From the NCBI GenBank assembly GCA_963797095.1, contig CAWCNY010000006.1, positions 736,001 through 800,000 of the forward strand: a stretch of DNA of 64,000 nucleotides, given 5' to 3'. The position numbers were made by a program, and so were the translations under genes. The stretch is from an uncultured Chloroflexia bacterium. Lineage in GTDB: Bacteria > Chloroflexota > Chloroflexia > QHBQ01 > JADMIH01. How positions within the stretch are numbered: position 1 is the stretch's first letter; every line of letters begins with the position of its first letter. The notes beneath the pieces are model-generated. The model searched no databases. It had not been told where the DNA came from and was given only the letters and a program-made list of their open reading frames with translations. Below are positions 8,970-19,221 of this stretch, in pieces.

Positions 8970-10772
8970 GTGCAGTTGGAATCATACGACACATTCGAGC
9001 ATGACGTACTGGTGATAGGTGCGGGAGGGTCGGGGCTGCGAGCCACTATCGCGGCGGCGCAGGCCGGGCTGAACGTGGGGGTAGTGTGCAAGTCGCTGCT
9101 GGGAAAGGCGCACACCGTGATGGCCGAAGGAGGCGTGGCGGGCGCGCTGGGCAACCTGGACAAGAAGGACAACTGGCAGGTGCACTTCATGGACACCATG
9201 AGGGGCGGGGCCTTCCTCAACAACTGGCGCACCGTCGAAATCCTCGCCAAAGAAGCCCCTGAGCGGGTGCTTGAGCTTGAGCAGTGGGGAGCGGTGTTCG
9301 ACCGCACTCCTGAGGGCCTGATCATGCAGAGACCCTTCGGGGGACACACCTATCGCCGCCTGAGCCATGTGGGCGACCGCACCGGGCTTGAGCTGATCCG
9401 CACGTTGCAGGACAAGGCGGTGTCGCTCGGCATGACCTGCTATATGGAGACCACGATCATGAGGTTGCTGAAGGACGGCGACCGGGTGGTGGGGGCGTTC
9501 GGCTATTACCGCGAGTTGGGGCGGTTTTTCCTGATCAAGGCGAAGGCGGTGGTGCTGGCGACCGGGGGATGGGGCAGGATGTACAGGGTTACGTCCAATT
9601 CCTGGGAGTCGACGGGGGATGGGGCTATCCTGGCCTTCAACGCGGGAGCCGAGTTGATGGGTATGGAGATGGTCCAGTTCCACCCTACAGGCATGGTGTG
9701 GCCGCCCGGTGTGCGCGGTCTGCTCGTAACAGAGGGCGTGCGCGGCGAGGGCGGCATCCTGCGCAACAAGAAGGGCGAGCGCTTCATGTTCGACCCCAAG
9801 TACACCCCTCCCTCCTACAAGGGGCGCTACGCCGATACCGAGGAGGAGTCCGCTCGCTGGCTGACCGATAAGGACAACAACAGGCCGCCACCCGACCTGC
9901 TCCCCCGCGACGTAGTGGCGCGGGCGATCTACCGCGAGGTGCTGGCGGGCAGTGGCTCTGAGCATGGCGGCGTCTATCTCGACGTGACGCACCGAGGCGC
10001 TGACTACATCAGGAAGAAGCTCCCCAGCATGTACGAGCAATTCCATGCCCTCGGTGATATTGACATAACTAAAGAGCTGATGGAAGTCTATCCCACCATT
10101 CATTACACGATGGGCGGGGTGAAGGCCGAGCCTGAAACGTGCGCGACCAATGTGCCGGGTCTCTTCGCGGCGGGTGAGACGGCAGCGGGTGTGCATGGGG
10201 CCAACCGGTTGGGCGGCAACGCCCTGTGCGACCTCCTTGTATTCGGCAAGCGGGCGGGCGAAGCAGCTTCCCAGTACGTGCAGTCGGTTGATACAGGGAA
10301 GATAGACGACGCGGAGTTGAGCGCCGAGATGGATAGGATGCTGGCCCCCTTCCAGTCGCAGGGCAAGGAGAACCCCTACCTGATCACCGAGGAGTTGCAG
10401 GCCGCAATGCAGGATGGGGCGATGATCGCCCGCACCGAGGACGGCCTGACGGGCTGCCTCCGGAAGATAGCCAGTTTGCAGGAGCGCGCCAAAAACATCC
10501 ATATAGACGGCAACCGGCTCTATAATCCTGGCTGGCACACCGCCAGGGATATACGCAATATGCTGAAGGTGTCGGAGATCATCGTAAGGTGCGCGCTAGC
10601 CCGGAAGGAGAGCCGGGGCGCTCAGTGGCGGCTCGACTATCCCGACCCCGACCCGGAATGGGGCAAAAAGATGCTGATCGCTACCAGGGGATCTCAAGAC
10701 GAGGTTGTGATCGGGACCACACCCGTGCCCCAAATGCCGCCGGAGTTGGCTAAGCTATTCGAGAGTAAATAG
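8970..10772 (+). CDS. sdhA: succinate dehydrogenase/fumarate reductase flavoprotein
   Basis: GAGGSG, AHTVMAEGG, QFHPT, TEGVRGEGG, HYTMGG, HGANRLGGN, ESRG. Confidence 0.95.
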   Translation: MQLESYDTFEHDVLVIGAGGSGLRATIAAAQAGLNVGVVCKSLLGKAHTVMAEGGVAGALGNLDKKDNWQVHFMDTMRGGAFLNNWRTVEILAKEAPERVLELEQWGAVFDRTPEGLIMQRPFGGHTYRRLSHVGDRTGLELIRTLQDKAVSLGMTCYMETTIMRLLKDGDRVVGAFGYYRELGRFFLIKAKAVVLATGGWGRMYRVTSNSWESTGDGAILAFNAGAELMGMEMVQFHPTGMVWPPGVRGLLVTEGVRGEGGILRNKKGERFMFDPKYTPPSYKGRYADTEEESARWLTDKDNNRPPPDLLPRDVVARAIYREVLAGSGSEHGGVYLDVTHRGADYIRKKLPSMYEQFHALGDIDITKELMEVYPTIHYTMGGVKAEPETCATNVPGLFAAGETAAGVHGANRLGGNALCDLLVFGKRAGEAASQYVQSVDTGKIDDAELSAEMDRMLAPFQSQGKENPYLITEELQAAMQDGAMIARTEDGLTGCLRKIASLQERAKNIHIDGNRLYNPGWHTARDIRNMLKVSEIIVRCALARKESRGAQWRLDYPDPDPEWGKKMLIATRGSQDEVVIGTTPVPQMPPELAKLFESK

Positions 10773-10791
10773 GATGTAGGGCACGCCTATC

Positions 10792-11077
10792 ATGCGTATT
10801 GACGCTTTCGTTTGGTTGCCCCACATCGTGGATAAATTGGCGATCAAGCACCATGTCACGCAAGATGAAGCCGAGGAAGTGTTCTTCAATAGAGCGAAGT
10901 ATCGCTTTGTGGAATCGGGGTTATAATCAGGGTGAGGATGTTTATTCCGCCAGTGGGCAAACTGACGGCGGTAGATATCTGATCGTCTTCTTCATACACA
11001 AGCAAGATAATACGGCAATGATCCTGAGCGCACGCGATATGGACAAGAATGAGCGCAGAAGATATGAGCAAAAATAA
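10792..11077 (+). pseudogene. BrnT-like toxin with a 1-nt frameshift at GGGG 10917-10920
   Basis: MRIDAFVWLPHIVDKLAIKHHVTQDEAEEVFFN...ESG in one frame (TAA 10924-10926); GQTDGGRYLIVFFI...ILSARDMDKNERRRY in the next. Confidence 0.8.
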
Positions 11078-11348
11078 TACGCGCAAACAGACCACTATCT
11101 CGAAGGCGAAGAGCGTAGATGAGATAGCAGACTACTGGGATACCCATAGCCTGGATGACCATTGGGAAGAGACATCCGAGGTCGATTTTGAGGTAAGGGC
11201 ACAGCGCCACCACAGAATTACCATCGATCCTGATGTTTATGTGAAAATCGAGGAGCAAGCCCGTACAAGAGGTGTCCTGCCTGAAACGCTAATCAACCTA
11301 TGGTTGGTTGAGCGATTGCAGAAGGCAGAGAGTTCGCCATCGTCCTAA
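11064..11348 (+). CDS. BrnA/CopG-like antitoxin
   Basis: EIADYWDTHSL..., LINLWLVERL; overlaps toxin 3' end. Confidence 0.75.
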   Translation: MSKNNTRKQTTISKAKSVDEIADYWDTHSLDDHWEETSEVDFEVRAQRHHRITIDPDVYVKIEEQARTRGVLPETLINLWLVERLQKAESSPSS

Positions 11349-11383
11349 GAACCAGTATGTTGTCTCGAAGGAGAGAAAGTAGT

Positions 11384-12361
11384 ATGGCAACCGAAACCGA
11401 GCAGAAGAGTACCACCACCCTGACACCAGAACAGGCAACCAGGCTGCGCGAAACGGGCGAGATGCCATCTCAGCCCGCGCAGACCGGGCGCACGGTTACG
11501 CTGCGCGTGTTCAGAGGCGACGCCGATGGAGGCACCGAGCAAGAGTACGCGGTGCCGACCTTCCCCGGCATGGTGGTGCTCGACGCCATCCACTATATCC
11601 AGCACCACATAGATACCACCCTCTCCTGCCGGTGGAACTGCAAAGCGGGCAAGTGTGGCTCGTGCAGCGCCGAGATCAACGGGCAGCCGCGTCTCATGTG
11701 CAAGGCCCGCGTGCGCGACTATGCGGGTGAGGGCAACACGATCGTGGTCCACCCACTCAAAACCTTCCCGCTGATCAAAGACCTTGTGACGGACGTATCC
11801 TGGAACTACAGGATGTCTGCCCGCATCGCGCCTTTCACGCCCAGAGAAGATGCTCCGAGGCCCCTGGTTATGCAGCAGATGGATGTGGACCGCATACAGG
11901 AGTTCCGCAAGTGCATAGAGTGCTTCCTGTGCCAGGATGTGTGCCATGTGCTAAGAGAGCACAACCGCAAAGACATATTCTACGGCCCCAGGCAGATGAT
12001 CAAGCTGGCAAACCTCGATATGCATCCCTACGATGGTCTCGACCGGCGTGAGATGGTAAAGGAGGAGTCGGGTGTGGGGGCGTGCAACATCACCAAGTGC
12101 TGCACCGAGGTGTGCCCTGAGCATATTCACATCACAGACAACGGAATTATACCTCTCAAGGAGCGGGTAGCCGATCTCTATTTCGACCCAGTGATGTGGT
12201 TAGCGCGCAAGATGGCGTTCCAGAATAATCGAGGCAGGCCGAGCGCCTCCAACTTCCAGCCCGTGACCATGTTCGGGTCGGCATACCCACCTCCCACCGA
12301 GTTCGAGTGGCGCGCCCACGCAGCCCCGCAAGCCGCTGCCGAGGATGGAGGGCGGGCCTGA
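11384..12361 (+). CDS. sdhB: succinate dehydrogenase iron-sulfur subunit
   Basis: CKAGKCGSC, CIECFLCQDVC, CNITKCCTEVCP; RBS AAGGAG. Confidence 0.95.
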   Translation: MATETEQKSTTTLTPEQATRLRETGEMPSQPAQTGRTVTLRVFRGDADGGTEQEYAVPTFPGMVVLDAIHYIQHHIDTTLSCRWNCKAGKCGSCSAEINGQPRLMCKARVRDYAGEGNTIVVHPLKTFPLIKDLVTDVSWNYRMSARIAPFTPREDAPRPLVMQQMDVDRIQEFRKCIECFLCQDVCHVLREHNRKDIFYGPRQMIKLANLDMHPYDGLDRREMVKEESGVGACNITKCCTEVCPEHIHITDNGIIPLKERVADLYFDPVMWLARKMAFQNNRGRPSASNFQPVTMFGSAYPPPTEFEWRAHAAPQAAAEDGGRA

Positions 12362-12486
12362 GGGCGTGATAAAGTCGGAGATAGAGTTCAACCCGGAGAA
12401 CCCGAACCGCGCGAGAGCCGTAGGGCCGGGCCAGGAGTGAGATAAGAAAGGCGCGAAACAGGTGCGGAGGTCGCTCTGAATAGTTA

Positions 12487-14841
12487 TTAGGCTTGGCGTA
12501 GGGCAGAGCAAATAACGTCTTCCAGGTCCATCGCTTCCCCTTCGCTCCATGCCGTCTCGAATTCCTCCGCGCTCAATTTTGCGCGCATACTGTCTACCGA
12601 GATCTCGTATGCTCTCCTATCATTCGGTTCCATCTCGTAATCTATCATCTGAAACAGTTGCGTTGCCGCTCCGAATAGGCTGACGGCCTTGAGCGCATCT
12701 CCCTTCGTACCATATACACTCGCCAATCCTATCAGGCAGTCGCCAATACCAACCTTGTGACCGATCTCCCGGCGTAGCACAAGGCTCTGATTGAACAACA
12801 TCTCCGCATGCTCCCAGTTATTACGTGCCATCGCAACCGTGCCCAGGTTTGCCATGGCTAGAGCTATACTGCGTTTGCTGCCGCTCTTTCTATGTAATTC
12901 CAGGCTCTCGCTAAAGAGTTCCACAGCTCTATCGTAATCACCCTGCGTGCGCGCCAGCACGCCCAGGCTATTCAAAGTGCGCCCCAGGTTGGCATGGTGT
13001 TCCACTTCGCGCCATAATCCGAGGGCTTTCATATAACACGTTTCTGCCCGGTCCATGTTGCCGAGCATTTCTTCACATACTCCAAGAGCGTGTAGAGATC
13101 TCCCTGTGCCCTGCTTATCAGCAAGGGTGGTGGAGATCGCCAGGCTTTCCTGCGCTAACTCTTTGGCTCGTTCATAGTCGCCTTGGCGTAACGCTAATCC
13201 GGAGGAGATGTGCAGAGCCCGCGCTCTCTCTGCAGAAAGTGATTCTCCGCTGTAGGCCAGCGTTTCGTCCAACCACTTTCTGCCCTCGCTCAAATAGCCT
13301 CGTATCTCCCAGAAAAGCCATAATGAGATGACCATCTTGAGCGCAAGATCGTCCTGTTGCTCGGTCAACCAGCCAAGAGCGGCGCGGATATTATCGTGTT
13401 CATGCTCCAACCGGTCGAGCCATTCCTTCTGGTTGGGGCCGGTCAAATTCGGCGCGGCGGTCGCGGCCAGTTGCACATAATGGCGGGCGAGGTGGTGCAT
13501 AACCTCCTCTTCCTCCCCACGCTCGTCCAGCCGTTCAAGCGCATACTCTCGAATGGTCTGTAGCATCCAGTATCTAGGCTCTTCCCGTCCTCGCGGCTCT
13601 GCTCGCTGCACCAGGCTCTTGTAAATCAAAGATTCGAGTCCATCCAGCACATCTAATTCAGCGTCTCCATCGTGGCTGCACATAGCTTCCACCCCATCGA
13701 GACCACAGCCGCCTGGGAACACGGCCAGTCTTCCCATAAGTCTCTGCTCAGGTTCGCTCAGGAGGTCGAAACTCCAGCGTATAGCTGCGCTCAACGTCTG
13801 GTGGCGTGCTGGCACATCCTTTGGACCACCTGCCAGCAAGGCGAGACTGCTACCGAGGCGTGCGAGCAATGCCCACGGTGGGAGAAGTGGGATTCGGGCT
13901 GCGATAAGCTCGATAGCAAGGGGCAACCCGTCAAGGTGGGCGCAAATTGATGCCACCGTTTGTGCGTTTTCCTCGCCCAGGGCGAAATCCCTTTTGGCCG
14001 AGCGTGCCCTGGTCAGGAATAGCTCTATTGCCGGGTAATCCGAAAGATGCTCTACGGATGGAAGATGTGATAAGTCCGGCAGCCCAAGAGGCCGTACCAC
14101 AAACTGCTCTTCGCCCCGCACGCGCAAAGCCTCTCTGCTGGTGACAAGAGCAAAGATATGTGGACACGCTCTGAGCAGGTCGGCTATAGAGGGACCGGCA
14201 TCTACCAGTTGCTCGAAGTTGTCGAGGACGAGGAGCATATGCTTGTCTTGCAACGCGTGCTCCAGGTCGGCAACGGTGGTTTGTTGGGCTATTCTCAGGC
14301 CTAGAGTCTGTGCTATCAGGTCGGGTACAAGGCTGGCGTCTCGCACCGAGGCTAATGCAATAAAGAATACTCCATCTTCGAAATCATGGGGCAGAGATCG
14401 GGCAACTTCCACAGCGAGGCGCGTCTTGCCTATGCCGGGAGCGCCCGTCAGCGTGATAAGACGGGCTTTTTCCAGTAGCAACTTATGGCGCAGAGCAGCG
14501 ATCTCTGCGCCTCGACCGATTATGGGCGTTAGGGGAGTGCTCAGGGTGGGGTGGGCGTTCGCTGCGAGCTGGGGTTCCTTGGTTTGAGAGTTGTTTTGGG
14601 CGTTAGCCTGTCCTATACGGGCTAACCGGATGAGATTTGCTCGCTCTTGCTCGGGTATCTGTAATTGTTCTGACAGCAATTCGACCAGTTGCTTGGAGGG
14701 CCTGCGTTCTCCAGTCTCAATTTTCGTAATGGTCCAGGGCGAACAGCCTATCCGGTCGGCCAACTCCTCCTGGGTCAAATCGAGGGACTTGCGTCGCTCC
14801 TTCAACCAGCGGCCAAATGTTGTGTCGTCGTTGCCGTTCAA
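12487..14841 (-). CDS. XRE-HTH + NB-ARC-like ATPase + TPR transcriptional regulator
   Basis: LTQEELADRIG...IETGERRPS HTH, GAPGIGKT, LLVLDNFE, LDGLPLAIEL, TPR repeats. Confidence 0.9.
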   Translation of the reverse strand: MNGNDDTTFGRWLKERRKSLDLTQEELADRIGCSPWTITKIETGERRPSKQLVELLSEQLQIPEQERANLIRLARIGQANAQNNSQTKEPQLAANAHPTLSTPLTPIIGRGAEIAALRHKLLLEKARLITLTGAPGIGKTRLAVEVARSLPHDFEDGVFFIALASVRDASLVPDLIAQTLGLRIAQQTTVADLEHALQDKHMLLVLDNFEQLVDAGPSIADLLRACPHIFALVTSREALRVRGEEQFVVRPLGLPDLSHLPSVEHLSDYPAIELFLTRARSAKRDFALGEENAQTVASICAHLDGLPLAIELIAARIPLLPPWALLARLGSSLALLAGGPKDVPARHQTLSAAIRWSFDLLSEPEQRLMGRLAVFPGGCGLDGVEAMCSHDGDAELDVLDGLESLIYKSLVQRAEPRGREEPRYWMLQTIREYALERLDERGEEEEVMHHLARHYVQLAATAAPNLTGPNQKEWLDRLEHEHDNIRAALGWLTEQQDDLALKMVISLWLFWEIRGYLSEGRKWLDETLAYSGESLSAERARALHISSGLALRQGDYERAKELAQESLAISTTLADKQGTGRSLHALGVCEEMLGNMDRAETCYMKALGLWREVEHHANLGRTLNSLGVLARTQGDYDRAVELFSESLELHRKSGSKRSIALAMANLGTVAMARNNWEHAEMLFNQSLVLRREIGHKVGIGDCLIGLASVYGTKGDALKAVSLFGAATQLFQMIDYEMEPNDRRAYEISVDSMRAKLSAEEFETAWSEGEAMDLEDVICSALRQA

Positions 14842-15014
14842 CGAAGGTCTCCAATGCCTGGATGGAGCAAGTTGTACAACTTTTGGTGCTAGGGATTGTG
14901 CTAACCATTATACGTCACGGGCTGCTTTAATGGAAATAGGTTTCACCAGTGCGGCCAAGCCGTCACAAAGCAGACAAGGCATTTACTTATCGCGCCGGGA
15001 AAGGAGAATAAAGG

Positions 15015-15413
15015 ATGACAACAGATAATGCAGCTATCCGAGCAATCATCAAACAATGCTCAGACGCGTGGAATGCAGGCAACGGTAGGGCCTTCGCTGC
15101 CCCCTTTGCCGAGGACGCCGACTACATCATCATAGATGGTCGGCATGCGAGAGGGCGCGATGTGATCGCCGTCGGGCACCAACGAATATTTGAGACGATA
15201 TATCGGGACAGTAACCTCAAGATCGATATTGAAGAAATGCATTTCTTGCGCCCGGACGTGGCGGTCGTATGTTGCCTGGGGCTTCTAACAGGCGCCCGCG
15301 GTGAGAACAAATACAGGGAACAGGCACGGAGTGGTTGGGTGATGACCAAAACCGATGGTGAGTGGCAAGTTGCGTCTTTCCAGAATACGCCCATTGCACC
15401 ACCGCGCCAGTAA
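15015..15413 (+). CDS. SnoaL/NTF2-like (SgcJ/EcaC type) protein
   Basis: AWNAGNGRAFAAPFAEDADY, FLRPDVAVV, WQVASFQNT; RBS AAGGAG. Confidence 0.85.
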   Translation: MTTDNAAIRAIIKQCSDAWNAGNGRAFAAPFAEDADYIIIDGRHARGRDVIAVGHQRIFETIYRDSNLKIDIEEMHFLRPDVAVVCCLGLLTGARGENKYREQARSGWVMTKTDGEWQVASFQNTPIAPPRQ

Positions 15414-15509
15414 GGCCAGTAAGGCCTGTAGGGCCGGAGCATGATAAAGATGTGGGGGATTGAACACAGGCCCGCTATGACCCGACCAATCTCTGAAAGG
15501 GGACTTATA

Positions 15510-15914
15510 TTGGTCAGCGAACACGCTTTGAGTCTGGTACAGGCATACCTTCGCAGCCAGGATACAAATCTCTTCGCCCACGATGCTGAGTTTCGGTTCA
15601 TGTCGCAGCATGAGCCGCTGACCGGGCGGCAAGCTATAGATGTGATCTTAGGCATGTTGTGTCGCGAGACATTTACGCACGTCCGATGCGAGCAGGTGAA
15701 GATGCTGGGTATGGAAAACTGTGTCGTGGCCGAGTTTGTCTTTCGCGGTCGGAATACCGGGCCGCTCATGGGAGCGCCTCCGACCGGCAAGACGGTTGCG
15801 ATTCCGATGATCGCGGTCTGCGAAGTTACAGGGTCGTACATAACACGTACGCGACTCTATTGCGATACTTGCCAGATAGGCAGACAGCTAGGGCTTGACC
15901 CTAACTCATGGTAG
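15510..15914 (+). CDS. SnoaL-like ester cyclase
   Basis: FRGRNTGPLMGAPPTGKTVAIP; TTG start chosen after AAGGGG. Confidence 0.75.
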   Translation: MVSEHALSLVQAYLRSQDTNLFAHDAEFRFMSQHEPLTGRQAIDVILGMLCRETFTHVRCEQVKMLGMENCVVAEFVFRGRNTGPLMGAPPTGKTVAIPMIAVCEVTGSYITRTRLYCDTCQIGRQLGLDPNSW

Positions 15915-15947
15915 TTGCGAGTTTTGCACTTGAAGAGGAGAATCATT

Positions 15948-16700
15948 ATGAATCGAGGTTTCATTCCACGCGTCGGAACGATGGGAGGTGCGCTGTTCGT
16001 GGTTCTGGTGCTGGTGGCCGACTTCACCCTCGTGCCTCAGCCTCCACAGGCGGGGGTATCACCACAGACGATAACAACTTTCCTGACGAACAATCAGGGT
16101 GGCTTACGACTGACAGGGTTGGTCGAAGGCATTGCCACCGCCTTTTTGCTGTGGTTCGCTGTGAGCTTGTCGGATTACCTGCGAAATACAGGCGCTTCAG
16201 AAGCCACCCCGCACAGTGAAGATAACCGGATGGCAGCTACCCTGTGCCTGGCCGGGGGATTGGTTGCTGCGATATTGAACTGGATTTGGTCCGTCCTCAT
16301 GGTGGCCCTTGCCGCTGCTCCGGCAGGAGGAGCCGCTGATAGCGTCTACGCTCTCTATGGCGTATCAACCACAGTGCTCTCTTTTATCCCGTTCCCGGGA
16401 TTCTTATTTCTCGCGGCGTTTTCGTTGCAACTTATCAGGAGCGGAAGCCTTTCGTGGCTCGGCTGGGCCGGTTTCGTGGCTGCTGTGTTCCAACTGTTGA
16501 GTGGAATCGGAGCCACACTTTCTACGACCGGGTTGTTTGCACAGTACGGCGGCTTTACTTTGCTGGCGTTTCTGCTGCTACTGGCCTGGTTGCTGCTGGC
16601 AAGTGTTGTACTGACCCGGCGCACATGGACAATGCCCGCGAATAGTAATTTGCGGATGCAGCAGAACAAGGACGGTAAGCCCTATGCAGGTCAAGCGTAA
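15948..16700 (+). CDS. multi-pass membrane protein (DUF4386-like)
   Basis: about 6 TM segments; RBS GAGGAG. Confidence 0.7.
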   Translation: MNRGFIPRVGTMGGALFVVLVLVADFTLVPQPPQAGVSPQTITTFLTNNQGGLRLTGLVEGIATAFLLWFAVSLSDYLRNTGASEATPHSEDNRMAATLCLAGGLVAAILNWIWSVLMVALAAAPAGGAADSVYALYGVSTTVLSFIPFPGFLFLAAFSLQLIRSGSLSWLGWAGFVAAVFQLLSGIGATLSTTGLFAQYGGFTLLAFLLLLAWLLLASVVLTRRTWTMPANSNLRMQQNKDGKPYAGQA

Positions 16701-16782
16701 CCTTGCTTTTAGAAATAGGCGTAGCCATTCATAGTGCGGTTTGCCATCAATTTATCAAGAAGTCAGAATGGAGGATACGGGA

Positions 16783-18039
16783 ATGATCAGCAGATTCAGA
16801 TTTGTAGTTGCAATATTCATACTGCCCATGCTGTTAGCATCACTGGCTGGCGCTCATTATGCGTTCGCCTCGACCACGGCTCAGGCGGGCGCTCAGACCT
16901 GGACGGTGCTTGTGGGAGGGGAATCGGCTCCGGTGGCCGGGCCTGAACACCCAACCAGCGCCTGGACCTACGCTCGTTTCTACCCGCAGAATATCACAGT
17001 GCATAAAGGGGACACGATTATATGGAAGCTGAACTCTATGGAGATTCACCAGATAGTCTTCCCGGCCCCAGGCCAAACCTATCTCCCCTTTACGCAGCCC
17101 GATCCCAGCAATCCGCAGGCCCAGATGATCAACCCGTTGGTTGCCTATCCCCAGGGTGGTTCAGAGTATGACGGAACCGCCCTGACCGGTTCAGGATTGC
17201 TTGGGTCACCTCCTTCCAACACCCAGGAGTACAAACTGACCTTCACTCAGGAGGGCTCCTTCAACTACATATGCCCTATGCATTCGGCGCAACTTCCCGA
17301 AGGCCAGGTAGTTGGCATGATCGGCTCGGTAACCGTCATTGGCGCGGATCAGCCCCTTCCAAAGACCCAGACCCAGATCGACGGCGAGGCCCAGGCCGCG
17401 ATCGAAGCGGACAATCAGGCGGCAAAGGCAGCCGAACCTGCGGCCCAACAAGTAGCGCCACCTTCGCCGGGTCCTGACGGTACGATGATCTTTCATGGCA
17501 ATGTTGGGTGGGATAACGGTGCGCTTTCTTACATGCGCTTCTCACCTCAGGATTTCACCATTCATGTGGGCGATACGATAGAGTGGACACAAATCTCGAA
17601 TCAGACCCCTCATACGGTTACACTCTACTCAGGCCAGCCTGAGCCGCCGCTGTTCGTTACTGAGCCGGAATCTGGCGGCCCGCCGAAGATCTTGCTCAAT
17701 CCCGCCGCGTTTGCACCTGCGGGCGGTAGCACATATGATGGCACAGGCACCAGCAATTCCGGCTACATGCCCGGTAAGCAGGACCCGGCCCCGGGCCAAC
17801 GAACCTACAGTTTGACTTTCACCAAGCCTGGCACATATGAGTACATCTGTGTGCTGCATGACGAGATGGGGATGAACGGTCACATCACGGTACTTGCGGC
17901 CGGTAGCACGCCAGGAATGCCACAAACCGGTCAGGGCATGCAGGCTGCAAATTTGCTGCTGCCCGGTTTGGTAGGAGGTGCTCTGTTGCTCATGATAGGG
18001 TTGTTGGTCTTGATAGGGCGGCGCATATCCAGAATATAG
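16783..18039 (+). CDS. secreted two-domain cupredoxin with MPQTG sorting tail
   Basis: two type-1 Cu motifs (H...CPMH...M; H...CVLH...M), signal peptide, MPQTG-TM-RR tail. Confidence 0.85.
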   Translation: MISRFRFVVAIFILPMLLASLAGAHYAFASTTAQAGAQTWTVLVGGESAPVAGPEHPTSAWTYARFYPQNITVHKGDTIIWKLNSMEIHQIVFPAPGQTYLPFTQPDPSNPQAQMINPLVAYPQGGSEYDGTALTGSGLLGSPPSNTQEYKLTFTQEGSFNYICPMHSAQLPEGQVVGMIGSVTVIGADQPLPKTQTQIDGEAQAAIEADNQAAKAAEPAAQQVAPPSPGPDGTMIFHGNVGWDNGALSYMRFSPQDFTIHVGDTIEWTQISNQTPHTVTLYSGQPEPPLFVTEPESGGPPKILLNPAAFAPAGGSTYDGTGTSNSGYMPGKQDPAPGQRTYSLTFTKPGTYEYICVLHDEMGMNGHITVLAAGSTPGMPQTGQGMQAANLLLPGLVGGALLLMIGLLVLIGRRISRI

Positions 18040-18107
18040 AAGCCAATAGCCAGCAGAATCAGATATCCCCCGACTGTCAGATTCAGCTTCGCAGGCGTGC
18101 AATCTGG

Positions 18108-18158
18108 TTCTAAAATAGCCAAAATGACGGCGAAGCCGTCATTTTGGCTATTTTAGAA
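18108..18158. repeat. perfect 24-bp palindrome with GAA loop, between convergent genes
   Basis: TTCTAAAATAGCCAAAATGACGGC-GAA-GCCGTCATTTTGGCTATTTTAGAA, followed by a CCCCTCCCCAATTTGGGGAGGGG hairpin. Confidence 0.9.
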
Positions 18159-18297
18159 AGCCCCTCCCCAATTTGGGGAGGGGTCGTTGGGCATTCCCGA
18201 TTTATTTTGCGGACGAACCGAAAATTCTGGATGTCTAATGTTAGAAAGCCCCTTTGCCGTCCCTCGCTGCCTCGGATATATGAGGGTGTTCTGATTT

Positions 18298-19221
18298 CTA
18301 TTCCCAGCCGCCGGTGACTACCGTCTCGAACTGGTCCATCGTCCAGTAGCCATTGGCTATGTATCGCTTGATGGCGAAGGCGGGGTCTACCGTGTCGTCC
18401 ATCACGTCCCGCAGGCGGAACGCACCTTTATAGCCGTAGCTGGCGATCTTCTGAGCCGAGGCAGCATCGTAGACGCCGAATGGATACGCGAAGAAGGGCG
18501 TTTCGTGCCCCACGATGGCCTCGATGGTGGCCTTCGGCTCAACGAGTTGGCGCTGCCAATCTTCATCTGTGTTGTACTCCGTGACCATGTGGTGGTCCCA
18601 GGTGTGAGGCTCTATATCGAAGCCTTCGTCGCTGAGAGTCTTGATCTGGTCCACACCCATGAAGTTTTCCTTCCCAAGGGTGACGGTCATCACGAAGAAA
18701 ACAGCCGTGAAGCCGTACTTCTTGAGGAGTGGGCGCGCCGTTATGAACTGATTATCAATATTGTCATCAAAGGAGAGCATGATCGGCTTGGGTGGCAATG
18801 GCTTGCCGTTTATTTCGTAGTCGTACACTTGCTGGGCGTTGACGCCTGTATAGCCGTTGTCCTTGAGCCACTTTAGCTGTTCTTCCAGCAGGCTTGGGGG
18901 CACGATGTAAGCGCGGTCGTCCTCGGTGTCGGCAGGCTTCCAGTCGCGAATGTGGTGGTAGCAGAGCACAGGCACGAAGTCGCGATCCGCTGCCGGGATG
19001 GGCGTGGGTGTGGCGGTTGGAGCTTCTGTAGCGGTGGCTGTAGGGAGAGGGGTTGCAGTATCTGCTGGTATCGGTTGCGGGGTAGCGGTGGCTGGCGACT
19101 GTGTCGGGGCGATAGGCGTGGCGGTGGGCGGATCGTCGCCACAGGCGGCGACGATGAAGGCTGTCGCCAGCAGAAATATCAGGGGAAGGAGATAGCGCAC
19201 AATTAATCGAGGCATGGTCAT
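18298..19221 (-). CDS. polysaccharide deacetylase (CE4) lipoprotein
   Basis: lipobox VAAC, Pro/Thr linker, PVLCYHHI, LSFDD, HTWDH, FAYPFG. Confidence 0.88.
   Translation of the reverse strand: MTMPRLIVRYLLPLIFLLATAFIVAACGDDPPTATPIAPTQSPATATPQPIPADTATPLPTATATEAPTATPTPIPAADRDFVPVLCYHHIRDWKPADTEDDRAYIVPPSLLEEQLKWLKDNGYTGVNAQQVYDYEINGKPLPPKPIMLSFDDNIDNQFITARPLLKKYGFTAVFFVMTVTLGKENFMGVDQIKTLSDEGFDIEPHTWDHHMVTEYNTDEDWQRQLVEPKATIEAIVGHETPFFAYPFGVYDAASAQKIASYGYKGAFRLRDVMDDTVDPAFAIKRYIANGYWTMDQFETVVTGGWE

Noticed and set aside
8982-10538. Long antisense ORFs (also 19692-20699, 44259-45170, 56597-57736)
   Set aside because: Shadows of GC-rich genes with clear motifs on the other strand
12290-12440. 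Possible frameshift in the sdhB tail (alternative frame PTQPRKPLPRMEGG...GQE)
   Set aside because: Outside the conserved domain; cannot be distinguished from chance without homologues
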